From Vicugna vicugna (lineage: Eukaryota): DNA of 64,000 nucleotides. How positions within the stretch are numbered: the stretch's first letter is position 1; each line of letters opens with the position of its first letter. A program made the translations under genes and the position numbers. Under the pieces are notes generated by a model. That model had not been told where the DNA came from, searched no databases, and saw nothing but the letters and a program-made list of their open reading frames with translations. Location: positions 434,001 through 498,000 of the forward strand of contig MU063682.1 of assembly GCA_013265495.1 (NCBI GenBank), written 5' to 3'. Shown here piece after piece: positions 59,286-64,000 of the stretch.

Positions 59286-62200
59286 GAACGTGCTTCAAAA
59301 TGGAATGCCTGCTCTTTACCTGTTTACAGACAGGAGCGCTTCTACGCCGTTAAGAGTTCCACCTTGATCAAGCCTACGCCTAGCCTGCACAAAGTGCTTG
59401 ATAAACGTCTGAACGCCTGCAGAGTGAGAAGTGCAAAGACACGTGTGCACGCGCACACACGCACAGGCACCGCAAAGGACCAGGCACATGAAGCAAAGGC
59501 GCAGACGGAGGGTCCAGATAATGAGACAGGGTCCAGGACTTGCCACTGGCTTCCTGCTGGGGGCCAGCACCTCTGAGTACGGGCGACGCGAGGAAAGCCC
59601 TGGCTGAGGCGGGGCGCACGGTGGTTCTGTCCATCTAGAGCACGGCAGCCCTGACAGGCTGCGGCTTCGGCAGGCAGCTATTAGCTGGACTAAACACGCT
59701 TCCCTCAGGGGAGAAGAGGCTCTTTTACAACACACATGCTAATGAAGCACAGCGACATGGAGCGTTTAAAACAAAATGTCCCTATATTTATTCTCCATAG
59801 ACAGATTTTTACATTAATATTTATGAGGGTTTCCTCGTTTATTTCTCCCAGAGATTTTCTCTCCTGCCCAAACAGAGGGGATAAAAGATAAGTAACATGA
59901 ACAACTATCTTCTAAACAGCTGCAAAGGACTGACCGCCCTATTTATCTGCGTTCTGTAACCTGGTTACCTGCCTAACACACCACTTTCCACAGCACACGG
60001 GCCCCAGGCCTGCCGCTCCCTGCAGCCACTGCAAGGCCTCCGCCTGCCTTTCGGACGCTGCTGCTGCCCCAGCCCCCAGCCCCAGCCCCAACCACCCTCA
60101 CTCAGCAGGGCCAGGTCCGCAGCTCCAAACCCTCACCTGCAGGCACTTCTGCACCTGGTTGCCAGCCATTTAAATACCCAACACTTACACTTCCAGTCTA
60201 CTCGGAGCCAGAGAGCCAAGAGCAGCACAAAATGCCTGCCCAGAACATCTTGTAAAAAGAGGGTCTGCCTCGTCAGCTGGGGAGGGGCGGTGGCAGCAGA
60301 GAAAGGAACCAGCCTCCAGGGCTTGATCATTTGGCTGGTACCTGAGCCAAGGAGAGGCAGGAAGGGGACATAGATGACCCTGGGGCCCAAGGAGTTTCCA
60401 GTGGTGACAAAACCCAAGGCAGACAGCGGCAAACGTCATGAAGAGCCACAAAACTCAAGCCATACAGGAGTCCCGAGTTGAAGGCTTCTTTCTGCCCAGT
60501 CACTGAACCACGTTTTTCCTCCTCCAGTCAATGACACAGACCAAGAAAGACACTTTCCTCCCCCACCTGCCAATAACACGAGCAATAAACACATAAAAAA
60601 GGACATTTCAAGAACTATTACTGAGCGTCTTCTCCGGGCCCTCGGACGGAAACTCTAAGGGCAAGCAGAAGAGGCAGCAGAGGGGCCGGGACACATCAGG
60701 AACCTGTTTTATACCCTTGGCCTCAGACGCCTGCGGATTCGATTTCAAGGCAAATGGAAAACAAACAAATGTGCACAGCAGCAAAAAGTAGAAGGAGAAA
60801 ATGAAATGGTGCTGTGCAGTTAAACTTTACAGCCCAACTGAGCAAGGCCCCAGCCTCTCCCTGGCTCCCACTCTGAGGCTAAGGGTGCGGGCCGGCTGCA
60901 AGGAGCTCGGAATACCAGCTCTCCGACCATGGAGGGTTTCCTTCCGTCATGTGGCAACACGGCCGGACAACAAGCTACGGCGTTCTCATCCCTTTCCCAG
61001 CCACAGTGATAAAACCACGAAGAAGCCAGGCACGCTAGTTCCTACCAACTTTTTAACCTTTGCAAGAAAGCTGGTTGAAACTAACAGCCTGAAAATTATT
61101 TCGCTGACGAAACAGAGGGATACGATGAATTACAGGATTGAGGTGCCGTATTCAGGCAACCCTTGTCATGGGAACGCTCCTACTGAAACTCAGGACACTG
61201 AACAGATGTGGACAAGCTGTCTGAGCTAAGACTGGTCACCCTCATCACTCCTGGACACAGCCCTAGTCCTGCAGGAGCAAGGCAGAAGTACTGAGTCAGG
61301 CGGCTTAAACATGACTGACGTTAATAAACGAGCTTCCGCAGCACTGGTTATTGGAAACTGATCTCTTCCTTATTAATATGGTCCCACAATGGAGAGGAAG
61401 ATCTCTCCATGTTCTAGAATGCAAACAATGTTTTAATCTTTAATTATATTCTCAATTTTAACTCTTCTGGAGAGTCATAGCCACCAAGGCCTAGGATTAT
61501 TTCTTTATTACACAGCCTCTCAGTGGTATTTAATGAATATTGTTACTTAATACTTGCCAGTAGGGGAAAGAAGGATTTGGCAAATTTCTACTCAAGTTTT
61601 GATGACTTTTTCCCAAACTCAGGGAACTTACAGCTGCAAAGTTCTCTGTTTCCTTTCAGGGACGCTCAGTACAGGCAACAACACACTTGCTCTGCTCTCT
61701 AGCCCAAGCTCAGAAAGAGCCAGCCTGGGCAGTAGCTTCCCTGGGGGAGGGGACTCAGGGAGTGCTGCTCTGCGTCTCTAAATCTCACGGCAGTGAGCCA
61801 CTTTGCTTCTCATTCATGGTGTGTTCACTGCTGCTGTGCTCAGAGACCAACTAAACTGCAATAAAAAGGATGCCAAACGTTCTTGCTGAAGTCTCCTATC
61901 ACCATCTGAGTTGAGGAATTTAATATAAACTTGTCAACATATAACCAAGTTCTGGCCTCAACAAAATATCAAGACCCTCAGAAGGCAAACTAAAGCCCAA
62001 GTAATCAAGAAGAAAATCAGGTCCCTGAAGGAAACACGTTCAGTCACTATCCAGGTGACACCCCTACCAAGGTTTTTGTAATGGCATAGCAAATCCGCAA
62101 CCTGGAGTTTCATACCTGTGTGGCTGAGGGAAAGAAAAAAAAAAAAAAAAAGAAAAACTCGTAAAAAAGGTCTTGAAAATCAGCAACAGAAGAGAGAACG

Positions 62201-62849
62201 ATGTAACGGTCGGAAGCTACAGGAAGAGACCCCGGGTTCCGTGCGCTTCATCCTGGCAAAGATCTGCCTTTCTCGGTTTAAACGCCAGTGACCAAGATAA
62301 GCAGCCCCTCGTTCACCACCATCGCCAAGGGCAGGTTTATGCCACTGCTTTGCTCTCCGTGATTCCTGCTGGCTTCACATTAAGCAAAAGACAACGTGAG
62401 CCTCTGCCTTTCAAGAACAGAAGCACCACTTACCACACACCTTGGAGAGAATCCGATCACCTGTATGAGCACCGTGCGTAATTTCAAGTCAATGATCTTC
62501 TTGGAAATTAGTGTACAAGGCAGTGGCAGAAAATGAGCCTCTTTTAGTTAAACTCCCAGAACCAAATCAGTGGCTGTACGGAAGGCAATCTGTTGTTCAG
62601 ACACCGGAACCCCAAGGTGTGCATGTGGTGTCATTATCTCTGTTACCTCCTGAATTGGTGGCATTTCTTTCCAGCAACACTTGTCCCTGCATGTGATTTT
62701 TGTGTTGTTGTTATTACTCAAACCTGAGGTAGGTGATCCAAGAACAGGAGTGTGAAGTGAAGACTCTCTGCACTCTCGAAGCTATTAGGCAATATTGAAA
62801 CAGATGCCAAATGTTGGGGAAATGCCACCGTAGGCCCCAAAGAACATCA

Positions 62850-63060
62850 AGAAATACCACTCAGCCATAAAATGGAACGAGCCACTGACGCACACAATGT
62901 AAATGAACCTCCAAAACATCATGTCAAGCAAAAGTAACCAGGAAGAAAATATTATGTTCCCCATGACTCGTTTATGTGGAGTTCTAGACGAGGCAAATCT
63001 GGGGTACAGGGATAGAAATCAGAACAGTTGCGCCTGGGGTGACTGAGATATTGGAGACAA
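62850..63060 (+). mobile_element. Old L1 3' UTR fragment
   Basis: gaaataccactcagccataaaatggaacgagccactgac...aatgaacctccaaaacatcatgtcaagcaaaag...aggcaaatct...gatagaaatcagaacagttg. Confidence 0.8.
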
Positions 63061-63069
63061 GTACAGTCA

Positions 63070-63400
63070 ACTCATTCAAGTAGTTTTGCTGTAAAGAGAG
63101 AGGAGGTGGGAGCTAGAAGCACAAGTGGGATTACGAGGTGGGTGTCCTTCCAGGAAATGGTTTTGGGGTAAGCATGTTTGCATTCTACCGGGAATGACCC
63201 AGGAGAAGGGGAGTACTGATGGGGGAGGAGAGAAAAGGAGACCAACGGGGAGAGAGGACTGGACCTAGTGGACATGCGGAAGGGCTGTTCTTGGCTAGGA
63301 CCATGGACAGTGGCTGCCCCCCCGCCCCACTAGAGAAGGTAGCCTGTGAAGGGAAGCGTGCCCTTCATTCAGTAGGCAGGACCTCTTTACAAAAGATAAC
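63070..63400 (-). mobile_element. L2 fragment
   Basis: caagtagttttgctgtaaagagagaggaggtgggagctag...agcatgtttgcattctaccgggaatgacccagg. Confidence 0.6.
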
Positions 63401-64000
63401 ATGATACAAAGGAACTGTCTGTCCTCACAACTTCAGGTGGGGTGGTGGTAACATTTTAAAAAATAGTCTTTCTGTAAAGCAATTTATATTTTTTTCCCTC
63501 AAACCTAAATGAGATCCATGTGTGCAGAACAGAAACACAGAAGAGTCTTCCACTTTAGCTGCCACTGAAAGCCAGCATTTCATCAGGCCGAGCTGCTGAA
63601 ATCCACAAGTTACAAGCCAGTCAGCTTGGCCATACTGATCAAAACTGGTATTTGATGTTGCCACAGAAGTACACTAAACAATGCACCATGAAGCTGAGAC
63701 TGCCTCCTGAGTGAGCACCAGTAAACAGGGCCACATCTGACATACATGAAATACAGAGCTATCTCAGTGTGGAACTTACAGATCAATCAAATAAGACAGC
63801 CATTTTCCAGGCTGATCCCAATCCTCCAAGGGTCAAAAGGCCGACAATGTTTACCCAGCAACAGGGGACAGAGCCCCTTTATGAAAATGACAGTGCCCTT
63901 CCGCAAAAGACTTAACTTAATATGAACATTCGGGAATCATGGATGTGAGGTCGCATCACCAGTGCCCTCTGAATGCTAACATGCGATCAAAGATCTTTCA

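Larger units (their letters stand above)
5843..64000 (-). other. MED27: MED27 upstream intron (at least 58 kb; previous exon outside window)
   Basis: Acceptor AG at 5843-5844 with a pyrimidine tract (gtgtgtttcttttcccacccag). No sequence encoding the preceding MED27 segment (...SAKRRPKAQPTTLVLPPQ) was found by eye. Confidence 0.85.

Noticed and set aside
1-64000. CRISPR arrays, operons, rRNA, snoRNA/miRNA genes, processed pseudogenes, other MED27 exons
   Set aside because: None recognised. The DNA is a mammalian intron with no regularly spaced repeats, no box C/D or H/ACA architecture that I could support, and no second MED27 coding segment.

Overview
Mammalian genomic DNA, not prokaryotic. 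The tRNA-derived SINEs resemble the camelid (Vicugna/Camelus) type, and no Alu, Bov-tA/BovB, PRE-1 or Can-SINE was recognised. The window lies inside MED27 (Mediator subunit 27) on the minus strand. It holds one 94-bp coding exon at 5749-5842 (YVDDVISRIDRMFPEMSIHLSRPNGTSAMLL, the human exon-4 equivalent), about 5.7 kb of the downstream intron and about 58 kb of the upstream intron; the preceding exon was not found. The rest is layered transposon debris (MIR, L2, CR1/L3, L1M, MaLR, hAT, TcMar, two young SINEs) with repeat-free stretches that look regulatory. The best-supported hidden structure is a degenerate class III (ERVL-like) provirus at 50528-53270. It has two partial LTRs and pro/RT/RNase H/integrase remnants, and was later interrupted by a solo LTR and a 54-bp L1 tail with a perfect 15-bp TSD. 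Seven N-runs hide sequence. I see no evidence of an intact novel protein-coding system. Repeat family names come from recalled consensus sequences and need a Dfam/RepeatMasker check; repeat boundaries are approximate unless a TSD or terminus is cited.
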